In this document: positions 34,107-41,599 of the stretch, in pieces | Numbering within the stretch: position 1 is the stretch's first letter | Layout of the letters: every line of letters starts with the position of its first letter | DNA from: a virus | IMG/VR virus record: IMGVR_UViG_3300045391_001776 | Direction: 5' to 3' (one strand) | Length of the DNA stretch: 57,959 nucleotides | Notes under the pieces: model-generated | What the model saw: only the letters and a program-made list of their open reading frames with translations | The model's database searches: none | Told to the model about the DNA's origin: nothing | Made by a program: the position numbers and the translations under genes

Positions 34107-34460
34107 CTACCCCTTCTTTGGCAGGCGGTAATACAAAAGCCCGTCCATTTCTCTGGACGACACTTCACCGAGAAACGCCATATATCCGACAAGCTCGATG
34201 AACTTCCAGAGATCGCCGCTACTCATGACGCCCCCAAGGATGAATGAATCTGCCGTGCATCCAATAAAGCGAATACGGGGCTTTCGTCGCAGAATGACCG
34301 TGACACCATCGCTTCGAATACGTTTCTTCGTATCAGAGAAGATGCGATCGAACTCCGTTTCGCTTATCTCGCCGAACCGTCGCAGGACGCGGAGAATGAT
34401 CCGCTTTTCCGGCTGGAACGTGGCGATCCCCTTGCGAACACGCGTCTTCAAACTTTGCAT
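34107..34460 (-). CDS. Hypothetical protein (117 aa)
   Basis: Coding frame in the operon. No motif recognised. Confidence 0.45.
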   Translation of the reverse strand: MQSLKTRVRKGIATFQPEKRIILRVLRRFGEISETEFDRIFSDTKKRIRSDGVTVILRRKPRIRFIGCTADSFILGGVMSSGDLWKFIELVGYMAFLGEVSSREMDGLLYYRLPKKG

Positions 34461-34464
34461 GGAT

Positions 34465-35085
34465 TTACTCCCTCGTAAGGCCGGACCGATACATCGGCTC
34501 GGTCATCCGGTTGATGGCATTCGTCTGGATATCACTGAGTAGTGCAACGATTCCGAACCAGTTACGATCCGCACGCCCATTGCACCAATACCGCAAAAGC
34601 CTGGTATCTCTCCCCAGGTTGTTCGCCCACCAGGTGTCATCATGGTGACGGCGCTCGCCGGTCCAACCACGTATCACGTCCTGGACGTAGTACTTCGGCA
34701 TCTCCGGCATATCCGATCGGTCGGTGATGATTTCGAAGATCAGCTCCTGGTCCCGGCGCTTGCGCAACTCCAGCATGCGCGTAGTCGGAATCGTGTACCG
34801 AGCGCGCACGACGATCATTTCCTCGACGGGAAGATGTCGCTCGAGCATGGCGAGTATCATCGCGGCCTGCGCGTGTACGTCGTGCGGCGTCATGGGTTCG
34901 CGCAAGCCGAGCGGCACGGAACCTCCGCGCAAATCGGAAAAGAACGAACTCACCTTCACGATGCTCTTCGACTCGGTCGAGTACGCCGACCTCACCGCAT
35001 GTTCAGCGGAGCGGAATAGCGCTTCGAAGTGAACATCGTCACCCGTCTCTGCCCTTCCACCAGTTGCAGCCATTTGGATATCCAT
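34465..35085 (-). CDS. Hypothetical protein, possible late-gene regulator/antiterminator-like (206 aa)
   Basis: Position in the early operon upstream of terminators. No confident motif match; start uncertain (overlaps the upstream ORF by 47 nt). Confidence 0.25.
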   Translation of the reverse strand: MDIQMAATGGRAETGDDVHFEALFRSAEHAVRSAYSTESKSIVKVSSFFSDLRGGSVPLGLREPMTPHDVHAQAAMILAMLERHLPVEEMIVVRARYTIPTTRMLELRKRRDQELIFEIITDRSDMPEMPKYYVQDVIRGWTGERRHHDDTWWANNLGRDTRLLRYWCNGRADRNWFGIVALLSDIQTNAINRMTEPMYRSGLTRE

Positions 35086-35221
35086 GTTTCTTCAGTAGGC
35101 ATTCGTTAAGGGTCTTGTCGTTGAAGATGCAGGTTTTGCACGTCGTGTCCTGCGCCTGCTTACGTTCCAGCACAACCGCTGGATCGTCGTATTCGTCTCG
35201 CGGGAGGATTGCCATCGGCAT
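35039..35221 (-). CDS. Small Cys-rich protein (60 aa)
   Basis: CKTC...C...C pattern. In operon. Confidence 0.4.
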   Translation of the reverse strand: MPMAILPRDEYDDPAVVLERKQAQDTTCKTCIFNDKTLNECLLKKHGYPNGCNWWKGRDG

Positions 35222-35224
35222 CGG

Positions 35225-35716
35225 TCACGTCCCCGCTCGCCGTTCCTCGCCCTTCCTATTGGCTCCGCGTGGAACATCGAATCGGCGCACCGTCCGGTAC
35301 CTGGCCAGGTAAGCCGTCAATACCTCAATGGCTTCCTGCGATCCGTAACAAACCTTGTGCTCGTACCCCTCGGCGATGAGTTGGGTACGAAAGTCGTTCT
35401 GGGAGTCGGTCAGCCCGCCGCCCTTTACATCTCGCTCTTCGGGAGATTTCATCTCGATCCACAATCCGGAGAATTCCCCAGGAATCACGAGCGGTAACAT
35501 CAAATCTGGCGGACCAGCTTTGTACCCTTCGGCCTTGGCGCGAGCTCTTTGCGGAATCGTCAGCTTTCCGAGCAGGCCATTCGGAATGGCGAACAGGTAT
35601 TTAACTTCTGGGTGCGATTTTTCGATGTAGCGCGCCCACTGGATCACGGCGCACTGGTGCGCGTGTTCGATGTACCGAATCGGCTTTCTCGCAGCCTTGC
35701 GCTTGATCGTTGGCAT
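35225..35716 (-). CDS. VRR-NUC domain nuclease
   Basis: EHAHQCAVIQWA...AIPNG...KAEGYKAGPPDLMLP...LWIEMK...LTDSQNDFRTQLIAEGYEHKVCYG matches the VRR-NUC (PD-(D/E)xK) signature. Confidence 0.75.
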   Translation of the reverse strand: MPTIKRKAARKPIRYIEHAHQCAVIQWARYIEKSHPEVKYLFAIPNGLLGKLTIPQRARAKAEGYKAGPPDLMLPLVIPGEFSGLWIEMKSPEERDVKGGGLTDSQNDFRTQLIAEGYEHKVCYGSQEAIEVLTAYLARYRTVRRFDVPRGANRKGEERRAGT

Positions 35717-35980
35717 CTAGAGCACCAACACCCAGTCGTCACTGAGCCGGTCTGCCTGCGACGCTGTCCACGGACGAATCGAACCGTCGACGGTCTTAAT
35801 GTCGATGTGCGATCCATACGTGACCTTGGTTCCTTCCGGATAAATGCCGAGCAACGGTGGCCGACTCACAGAAAACTCACTACCTGGAACGAGAAAGATG
35901 AACATGCCAGTGCCGTTCCAGCCCTTTCGTCTTGCCCTATTACCCTGCTTTACGAGCGTGAGTGCGTCGGAAAAATTCAT
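35717..35980 (-). CDS. DUF2829-like protein (the family that includes the Thoeris anti-defence protein Tad2)
   Basis: MNFSDALTLVKQGNRARRKGWNGTGMFIFLV is the characteristic DUF2829 N-terminus. 87 aa. Confidence 0.6.
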   Translation of the reverse strand: MNFSDALTLVKQGNRARRKGWNGTGMFIFLVPGSEFSVSRPPLLGIYPEGTKVTYGSHIDIKTVDGSIRPWTASQADRLSDDWVLVL

Positions 35981-36046
35981 GTTCGCCTCGGTTATGGCGG
36001 CGCGGCCTTTTCCGACCGCGCCGTGATTCCATTTGAAAACTGACGA

Positions 36047-36574
36047 TTAAGCGCCGCTTTCTTCCGTCACCGGTTCTTCCGCCGGCGGCGGTTCCTGGGT
36101 CGTCTCGGCCGCGGTGTTTTCGGCCGGCGCCTGGGTCTCGGTCGTGCCCGGGTCTTCCGACGCCGGCGTTTCGTGCTGGTTACTCGCGTTCATAACGGTT
36201 CCTTTGTGTTGGGGATGTGGTTGACTACCTTCGGCAACAACTTCGGGCGCCGCGGCCCGTGAAAGGGAAAACAGTCCCTTCTGGTAAAGCCGTAAGTACG
36301 TGCGCTTCATCGCTGCGAAGAACATGAGCTTCTTCTCTTCGCGCGTGAGGTTCTTCCCATGGTCGTACTCGTAGTGGCAGGGCCAGCACAGGAACGCAAT
36401 GAACAGGTCGTGCGACTTCTTACCAACGCCCTTGCCGTCCTCGAGGTCGTTCGAATGCGCCGCTACTACCGTGTCGTTGTGCTTTTGGTCACAGCCTGGC
36501 CACGTGCATGGCTCGCCATTTGCCGCGTCAAGCCAGCGCTGAATGCGGATCCGCTTTTCCTTCGGAAACATCAT
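36047..36574 (-). CDS. DUF1364/YbcO-like putative nuclease with an acidic disordered tail
   Basis: Start ATG 36574 (ATGA coupling). C..PGC....VVAAHSN...GKGVGKKSHD...LCWPCHYEYD parallels the E. coli DLP12 YbcO pattern. Confidence 0.55.
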   Translation of the reverse strand: MMFPKEKRIRIQRWLDAANGEPCTWPGCDQKHNDTVVAAHSNDLEDGKGVGKKSHDLFIAFLCWPCHYEYDHGKNLTREEKKLMFFAAMKRTYLRLYQKGLFSLSRAAAPEVVAEGSQPHPQHKGTVMNASNQHETPASEDPGTTETQAPAENTAAETTQEPPPAEEPVTEESGA

Positions 36575-36765
36575 GCCGCCACCGGCTTCAGATGAACGAC
36601 GCGAAACGTCTTTTGCTCTATGGGCGACAGCTGCATTGAATCGAGGTGGTGCTGGCAGATGTATCGCCACGGCGCGCGCGGGTTCCGCTTGTACTTCGCC
36701 GCCGCGACCGCTCGACAGAGAAATCCTGCAGCCTTGGGCGATTGGCAGAAGTTTCCGCGGTTCAT
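36571..36765 (-). CDS. Small Cys/His protein (64 aa)
   Basis: ATGA-coupled at both ends (36765 and 36574), which supports it as a real gene. Confidence 0.5.
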   Translation of the reverse strand: MNRGNFCQSPKAAGFLCRAVAAAKYKRNPRAPWRYICQHHLDSMQLSPIEQKTFRVVHLKPVAA

Positions 36766-37286
36766 GACGCGTCCGTCCAACGACTGTATTCGCGCATGAG
36801 CGCGTGCCACTTAGTAGCCGCATCCTGGTTGTGATCAATTTCTGATCTAGACTGAACGCCTAGAATTCTTCGAAGTACTTCTGCGGCGATATCGCTTTCC
36901 CTTCCGTATTCGGTCGTCAAACTGCACTGCGACCAATAATTGTGATGAACCTCTCGCAAGAACCCCTGGAACAGCGGAACGTTGCACATTCTCGCGGCGT
37001 TCTTCGAAAGAACTCCACCCTTTGGTTTTTCAGGTTCTTGCGGCACTGGTGTCTCGTCGTCCGCGATCTCAACCAAAACCGCCATGAATCTATGTCCAGC
37101 GCGCTTTCCCTTCGCAATCGTGAACTTCTTGAACGGATGTTCTTCTCCCTCGTCGGGCAAAAAGAACGACACCTTGCGACCTCCCTGGTGAGACTCGTTC
37201 CAACCTGCGAGCATGAACTCGCCCTTGAAGGCGATTACCTGCTCAAGCGGATTCGTTGGAACGTCGTCGTCGAAAGATTCGCTCAT
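36762..37286 (-). CDS. Hypothetical protein (174 aa)
   Basis: Start moved to ATG 37286 (MSESFDDD...). Confidence 0.5.
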   Translation of the reverse strand: MSESFDDDVPTNPLEQVIAFKGEFMLAGWNESHQGGRKVSFFLPDEGEEHPFKKFTIAKGKRAGHRFMAVLVEIADDETPVPQEPEKPKGGVLSKNAARMCNVPLFQGFLREVHHNYWSQCSLTTEYGRESDIAAEVLRRILGVQSRSEIDHNQDAATKWHALMREYSRWTDAS

Positions 37287-37354
37287 AGTCCAAGTCCATG
37301 CTGAGCGGTCCGTCGCTGCTGAAGTGCTTCGTATCCGATGAAACACTTGTTCAT

Positions 37355-37624
37355 CTACGCTGAGCCTTTGAGTGTGTTGTTGTGCCGCTTCAACTTCTCG
37401 GCCTCCGCTGGCGTGACCAACTTCAAACCGATTGCGTCCTGCGTTCCCAGACATAGAACGATCGTTCCTTCCGGCCAATCGGTTTCAAGCTTCTTCATGT
37501 CGTCGGCAGTGAATTGCACGAGCTCGCCGCGCAGCGCGAAACGATGAAGCAATAAAGCAGAAATCTTTTGCCAGTGGTCGCGGACAACATCCAGCACCGG
37601 CGCGTCGTTCAGTTCGTTGTTCAT
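37355..37624 (-). CDS. Hypothetical protein (89 aa)
   Basis: Start ATG 37624 (ATGA coupling). Confidence 0.5.
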   Translation of the reverse strand: MNNELNDAPVLDVVRDHWQKISALLLHRFALRGELVQFTADDMKKLETDWPEGTIVLCLGTQDAIGLKLVTPAEAEKLKRHNNTLKGSA

Positions 37625-37881
37625 GCACCAAGCCCTAAATCGTCGCCCGTTTTGCGGTCGTTGTTTGACGGTTGCGGCGCTGCTTCCCGATGATCCCAAT
37701 CACAGGAAATTGCTACGCCGGAATACGCGTCGACAAGAACACAAGAAACCCCGTTGACCGTAACCATTCGAACCGTTTGGTTATCGGCGTGCGCTTCCTG
37801 CTTTTGATTGCAACTCGACATCACGGTCCCGGTAACGATCGCAATCACCGTCATGAAGATGACTTGGTTTATCGGCTTCAT
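37621..37881 (-). CDS. Putative lipoprotein (86 aa)
   Basis: Signal peptide plus lipobox-like VMSSC. Confidence 0.5.
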   Translation of the reverse strand: MKPINQVIFMTVIAIVTGTVMSSCNQKQEAHADNQTVRMVTVNGVSCVLVDAYSGVAISCDWDHREAAPQPSNNDRKTGDDLGLGA

Positions 37882-38315
37882 ACCTTTTCACCCCGCTCCA
37901 CAACGTCGAATTTCGACTTGCGCCGACGAAAGAACCCGGCGTACTGCGGGAACTCTTTCTCAAACATGCGCGCGTATCCACTCACGTAGTCGTTGTTAAT
38001 CTTCAAACCGTCCGCATCTACCGTCGTGATACTCGTTTCCCACCGAATGCGATGCGCGACCACGTCAGCGCTAAAATGTTTGCGACCGCAATTGATCGCG
38101 TACAACGTGAACTTCTTGAACAGCTCGTACACCTGCGGATTCTCCGCGTGGTACTTTTCGAATCGCTCCTCGAGCGCAGTTCGATGCGCCAACGCCGGCG
38201 CAAAAACGAACCGATCTTGAGCAGCGTTCGTGCTCACCGGCACCAAGCCCATACGTGCCAGGTGAACCCGATGTACGCCCAAGTCGTCGCGGCGCCGAAC
38301 ACAAAGAAAAAACAT
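37878..38315 (-). CDS. Hypothetical protein (145 aa or shorter)
   Basis: Start uncertain (ATG 38315 or ATG 38252). Conserved-looking FEKYHAENPQVYELF segment. Confidence 0.45.
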   Translation of the reverse strand: MFFLCVRRRDDLGVHRVHLARMGLVPVSTNAAQDRFVFAPALAHRTALEERFEKYHAENPQVYELFKKFTLYAINCGRKHFSADVVAHRIRWETSITTVDADGLKINNDYVSGYARMFEKEFPQYAGFFRRRKSKFDVVERGEKV

Positions 38316-38340
38316 CTGTCGACTAACCTACGTCTAGTCT

Positions 38341-38583
38341 TCACCGTAAAGCGCGGTAAGCGTCTTCGGGAAGGAGACTGTCCTCCTGACAGGCTTCCTG
38401 TGCCGCCTGCCCGGTCGTCAGTTTTCTGTTCGTCAGTAGCCGTTTCCACGTTGGGTTCTCCGTTCCGGTTCGCCGCCAAATCAGGTACACCTTTTCGCCC
38501 GTCAACAAACTCTTCGAGTCAGTGACGCGATACTTTCCGCACTCGCTTTCCGCCGTGAAGTCGTTGATTCGTCTCCATCGCAT
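38341..38583 (-). CDS. Hypothetical protein (80 aa)
   Basis: Directly follows the replication gene. Confidence 0.45.
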   Translation of the reverse strand: MRWRRINDFTAESECGKYRVTDSKSLLTGEKVYLIWRRTGTENPTWKRLLTNRKLTTGQAAQEACQEDSLLPEDAYRALR

Positions 38584-39507
38584 TTACTTCGCTGCAGCTT
38601 CTTCGGGAACTTGTAGCTGCATGTGCCCTTTTCCGAGCTCACGCATACGAGCGTTGAACGCGAGAACTTGAATGCGCCTGGCTTCCAGTTCGCTGAGCTC
38701 ACGTTGTGCTGCCCGTTTTGGCTTTTCTTTCGGCTGATAGGCTTCGTCTTCCCACCGTCGGGCCGTAAGCCAGCCCTGAGCCATTTTTGGCGTTCCGTTC
38801 CGGCGGAGAATTCCAGGCCGAAGGCCAGCCTCAACCGAGGCCGCGAACACGATTGCGTCAACCAATGGAGCGTCGAGATTTGCGATATCGAGCCACGCGT
38901 CCGCTGCTTCCGCGCGGCCGTGTTTGTAATCGAAGACTTCCCAGAACCGCATGAACGCAATTAGCTTCCATCCGGTGAGCTTTCGCTTGTGCTTCGTGAT
39001 AATCACAAGTGGTTCACCACCAGCATCCGCGGATACGGGAATAGGATCTTTGGTGGTTAGTTGGTGGTTATTGGTGGGTTGGGTGACATGGGTGACACCC
39101 GTCTGCGACACCGGTGTCACCCCTCTCGGACGTCCATGACACCCGTCTCCGTCACCGGCGACACGGGTGACATCTACGTCACCCGTGACGTCCGCGTCAT
39201 CCGTCATCGATTCGAAGAGAGGTTGCTGCAGGAGTCGAGAGACGTTCATCCGGTAGTTTCGGGTCGTGCCAGGCGCACCGCCGTTAGCGTTACCGACAAG
39301 TTCGATCCAACCGTCCGTAATCAATCCGCCGATGAGACGCTGCGCCTGTCGATGGCTCAGACGAAGACGATTCGAGACGGTATCAACTGAGGGAAATATC
39401 TTGTCGCCGACGTCGTTCGCGTAATCGGCGAACGCCAGCATCAAGAGCAGTTCTGAGCCCGCGCCAGGGAAGCGATCCCACACGAGCGTCATTAACTTGA
39501 TGCTCAT
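38584..39507 (-). CDS. Replication initiator (lambda O-like organisation: N-terminal wHTH, iteron-containing linker, C-terminal domain)
   Basis: N-terminal HTH-like domain (FPSVDTVSNRLRLSHRQAQRLIGGLITDGWIE). The DNA encoding the linker carries clustered repeats. C-terminal ...AQGWLTARRWEDE is typical of phage replication proteins. Confidence 0.6.
   Translation of the reverse strand: MSIKLMTLVWDRFPGAGSELLLMLAFADYANDVGDKIFPSVDTVSNRLRLSHRQAQRLIGGLITDGWIELVGNANGGAPGTTRNYRMNVSRLLQQPLFESMTDDADVTGDVDVTRVAGDGDGCHGRPRGVTPVSQTGVTHVTQPTNNHQLTTKDPIPVSADAGGEPLVIITKHKRKLTGWKLIAFMRFWEVFDYKHGRAEAADAWLDIANLDAPLVDAIVFAASVEAGLRPGILRRNGTPKMAQGWLTARRWEDEAYQPKEKPKRAAQRELSELEARRIQVLAFNARMRELGKGHMQLQVPEEAAAK
39050..39200. 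repeat. Iteron cluster (candidate replication origin) inside the replication gene
   Basis: Three tandem 11-bp TTGGTGGTTA(G/T)-type repeats (39050-39082), then at least 8 GTGAC(A/C)/GTCAC motifs in both orientations. TGACACCCGTCT occurs twice (39093-39104 and 39137-39148). Confidence 0.6.
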
Positions 39508-39510
39508 GCC

Positions 39511-39750
39511 CTATTCCTGCCCTTCCCGTTTCGGGAGCCCGTGCTGTACTCTGGCTACGTACAAATGACCGTAGACATGAACGACACACATATCGCGCAG
39601 GTATTCGGAAAGGGTTTGGTTCTTCAAGACGGCGAGCGCCGTCAGCTTTTCCTTAACTTCCTCGGGCAGAAGCGTTTTCGCTTCTTCCGTGCATTTCCCG
39701 AGCTCGTTAGAAACGCCGCTCCGAGAGAACATCGGCTGTCCCTTCTCCAC
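39511..39750 (-). CDS. Small regulatory-type protein (79 aa), CII-position
   Basis: GTG 39750 preceded by GGAGG. Lies between the Cro-like and replication genes. Function not recognised. Confidence 0.45.
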   Translation of the reverse strand: MEKGQPMFSRSGVSNELGKCTEEAKTLLPEEVKEKLTALAVLKNQTLSEYLRDMCVVHVYGHLYVARVQHGLPKREGQE

Positions 39751-39816
39751 AAAACCCTCCTGAATCCCGCAGCTCCGATGGGTGCTGCGGCGTCGATGAC
39801 GTTGGAGGGCGCGCCC

Positions 39817-40017
39817 TTATCGAGCGCGCACCCTTTTGTACCGTTGCTGCGAGTCCGGAATTGCTTTAAGTCCACCGTCGGTGAGGACATGCAACTGAAA
39901 CGCGCGGCCCTCGGGAACTTCGTCAGGCCACTGGGCAATTGCGGCACGTCGAATCCCAAGCACACGCGCCAGATTTGGCACACCGGCGAAATACTTGATT
40001 GCTTCCGCTTTCTTCAT
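39817..40017 (-). CDS. Cro/YdaS-like HTH regulator (66 aa)
   Basis: MKKAEAIKYFAGVPNLARVLGIRRAAIAQWPDEVPEGRAFQL matches the YdaS/Cro HTH pattern. The upstream in-frame ATG (40029) lies inside the predicted -10 box. Confidence 0.7.
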   Translation of the reverse strand: MKKAEAIKYFAGVPNLARVLGIRRAAIAQWPDEVPEGRAFQLHVLTDGGLKAIPDSQQRYKRVRAR

Positions 40018-40020
40018 AGT

Positions 40021-40089
40021 GGTAAGCATACTTTCCAGTGACTAGGGCGTCAAGCATACTTACCGGCCCGACTGGTAAGTTTGCTTACA
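40021..40089. promoter_or_regulatory. Divergent switch region with three 16-bp operators
   Basis: GGTAAGCATACTTTCC (40021-36), GTCAAGCATACTTACC (40049-64), GGTAAGTTTGCTTACA (40074-89). Leftward TTGACG (40053-48), 17 nt, TATGCT (40030-25). Confidence 0.7.
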
Positions 40090-40412
40090 TGGAAACGATC
40101 GGGCAGCGCATAAGAAAAGTGCGTGGAGACATGTCGTTACGCGTATTCGCGGACGAAATTGGGGTATCGCACGCCGCCGTCGCGCAGTGGGAAAGCGGCG
40201 ATACAAAGTCACTAAAGAACGAGAACCTGCTTCAAATAAGTCGTCGTTACAAAAAGCGAATGGAATGGTTAATTGATGGCGAGCTGCCAGAAGACATAAC
40301 GATGAACTTGGCGGATCACGATCAATTGATTGACCTAATAGAGTCCGTATTGAAGAAGGAAGGATCGAGCTCGGACCTTTCGAAGAGAATCCTGAAACTC
40401 ATTAAAAAATAG
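40089..40412 (+). CDS. CI-like XRE-family HTH repressor, short form without an S24 peptidase domain (107 aa)
   Basis: Start ATG 40089. IRKVRGDMSLRVFADEIGVSHAAVAQWESG is a classic XRE HTH. No LexA-type Ala-Gly/Ser-Lys domain follows. Confidence 0.75.
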   Translation: METIGQRIRKVRGDMSLRVFADEIGVSHAAVAQWESGDTKSLKNENLLQISRRYKKRMEWLIDGELPEDITMNLADHDQLIDLIESVLKKEGSSSDLSKRILKLIKK

Positions 40413-40421
40413 AGGGCAAGA

Positions 40422-40685
40422 ATGATGGTCAAGCGTAACTTTGTGTTAATTGCAGCTATCGCCCTTTCCTCGTCCGCGTGTGTGTCGTCAACGGTCGTTA
40501 CTGGACCGAACGGTCAGCTCGCTTACAGCATTGATTGCTCAGGCAACGCGCGGAGCTGGGGATCCTGCTTCGAGAAGGCCGGAAAGATTTGTGGGGCGAG
40601 CGGCTATGACGTAATTTCGAAGGCAGATGACACGGGCTGGAAGGTACAGCGGAACATGGTCATTCAATGTAAGAAGAGCGCCTGA
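40422..40685 (+). CDS. Lipoprotein co-transcribed with the repressor (87 aa)
   Basis: SD AGAGGG. Signal peptide LIAAIALSSSAC with a lipobox-like Cys; four more Cys in the mature part. Confidence 0.6.
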   Translation: MMVKRNFVLIAAIALSSSACVSSTVVTGPNGQLAYSIDCSGNARSWGSCFEKAGKICGASGYDVISKADDTGWKVQRNMVIQCKKSA

Positions 40686-40718
40686 ACGGATTCCCTCCCG
40701 TCCAGGGCTTCCCGCAAT

Positions 40719-41024
40719 TCACCTATACAACACCAAAAACAGTACCGCCTCGAGCGCGCACGCTGCGATTACCGCTAACGCGACAACCAGCCAGCGTTCC
40801 TTGTGTTCGCGTTTGATCGTCGCCAGCAGAATTCTGGCGAATTGATCCACCTTCGCGTCATCTACCTCACGAAGGATTTTCGCAATCATTTCCCGCTGAG
40901 GTGTCTCAGGTTCAGCCACGTCTTTCCCGCCATGTATTACGCGGAGCTTTTTCTTACCCACTGACAGTGGCGCTCCACCCTGGGCAGCGTCGTCACCCGC
41001 CACCCCTCCTTTCTCGTTAAACAT
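40719..41024 (-). CDS. Hypothetical C-terminally membrane-anchored protein (101 aa)
   Basis: Strong SD (GGAGG). C-terminal TMD WLVVALAVIAACALEAVLFLVLY. Convergent with the repressor operon. Confidence 0.55.
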   Translation of the reverse strand: MFNEKGGVAGDDAAQGGAPLSVGKKKLRVIHGGKDVAEPETPQREMIAKILREVDDAKVDQFARILLATIKREHKERWLVVALAVIAACALEAVLFLVLYR

Positions 41025-41101
41025 TTCCTTTGCCTCCAGTTCCGTTTAATACCCCGAATTACAGGGTCTTACATTTTGTTGCTCCGTGTCAATTTTTTGA
41101 T

Positions 41102-41141
41102 GGTAAGCATACTTGACGATATGGTGGTAAGTATGCTTAAC
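41102..41141. promoter_or_regulatory. Two more copies of the 16-bp operator at the rightward early promoter
   Basis: GGTAAGCATACTTGAC (41102-17) and GGTAAGTATGCTTAAC (41126-41). Candidate -35 TTGATG (41097-102) and -10 TATGGT (41120-25). Confidence 0.65.
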
Positions 41142-41183
41142 TAGAAGCAGTTGTTATCAACAACTGTTTTTACGGAGGAAAAC

Positions 41184-41414
41184 ATGACTGCATCGCGTCC
41201 CTCTCCAGCCATTCAACGCCGTGAATCTGTTACTCACGGTCTCAAGATCAAGCGCGAAAGCGCTCTCGGCCGCCTGGACGAGCACCGCGGCGCCTGTGCG
41301 GTCTGCTCCGGCCATAGCATGGATCACATCCGTATCCGCCCTGACTGCCAGCAGGGGCAAGAATTGGCGGCTGCCCTTTACCTGGCTGACCAGCGCGTCC
41401 TGCGCGCCGTATGA
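41184..41414 (+). CDS. Hypothetical protein (76 aa), first gene of the rightward operon
   Basis: ATG 41184 after GGAGGA. Confidence 0.5.
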   Translation: MTASRPSPAIQRRESVTHGLKIKRESALGRLDEHRGACAVCSGHSMDHIRIRPDCQQGQELAAALYLADQRVLRAV

Positions 41415-41599
41415 ACGTAGGGCAACGCGTAGCCGTGGTTATCCCCGGCGTCCTCGAAGGTGCGACTGGCAAGATCGTACGCATCTCCGAGGGCGCCCCC
41501 TTTCTGTTCATTACCCTGGACCGGTACAAGTCCGACCCGACCTACCGGAACCACGAGTTCGGCCCCTTCTCTACCAGCGAGCTGCAGGTCCAGGAATGA
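41411..41599 (+). CDS. Hypothetical small protein (62 aa), KOW/SH3-like pattern
   Basis: ATGA coupling at both ends. Confidence 0.5.
   Translation: MNVGQRVAVVIPGVLEGATGKIVRISEGAPFLFITLDRYKSDPTYRNHEFGPFSTSELQVQE

Noticed and set aside
39751-39816. Stem-loop CCGCAGC(10 nt)GCUGCGG between the cro-like gene and the next gene, as a nut/boxB-like or terminator element
   Set aside because: No U-run follows it and no N-like antiterminator gene was recognised. There is not enough evidence to call a feature.
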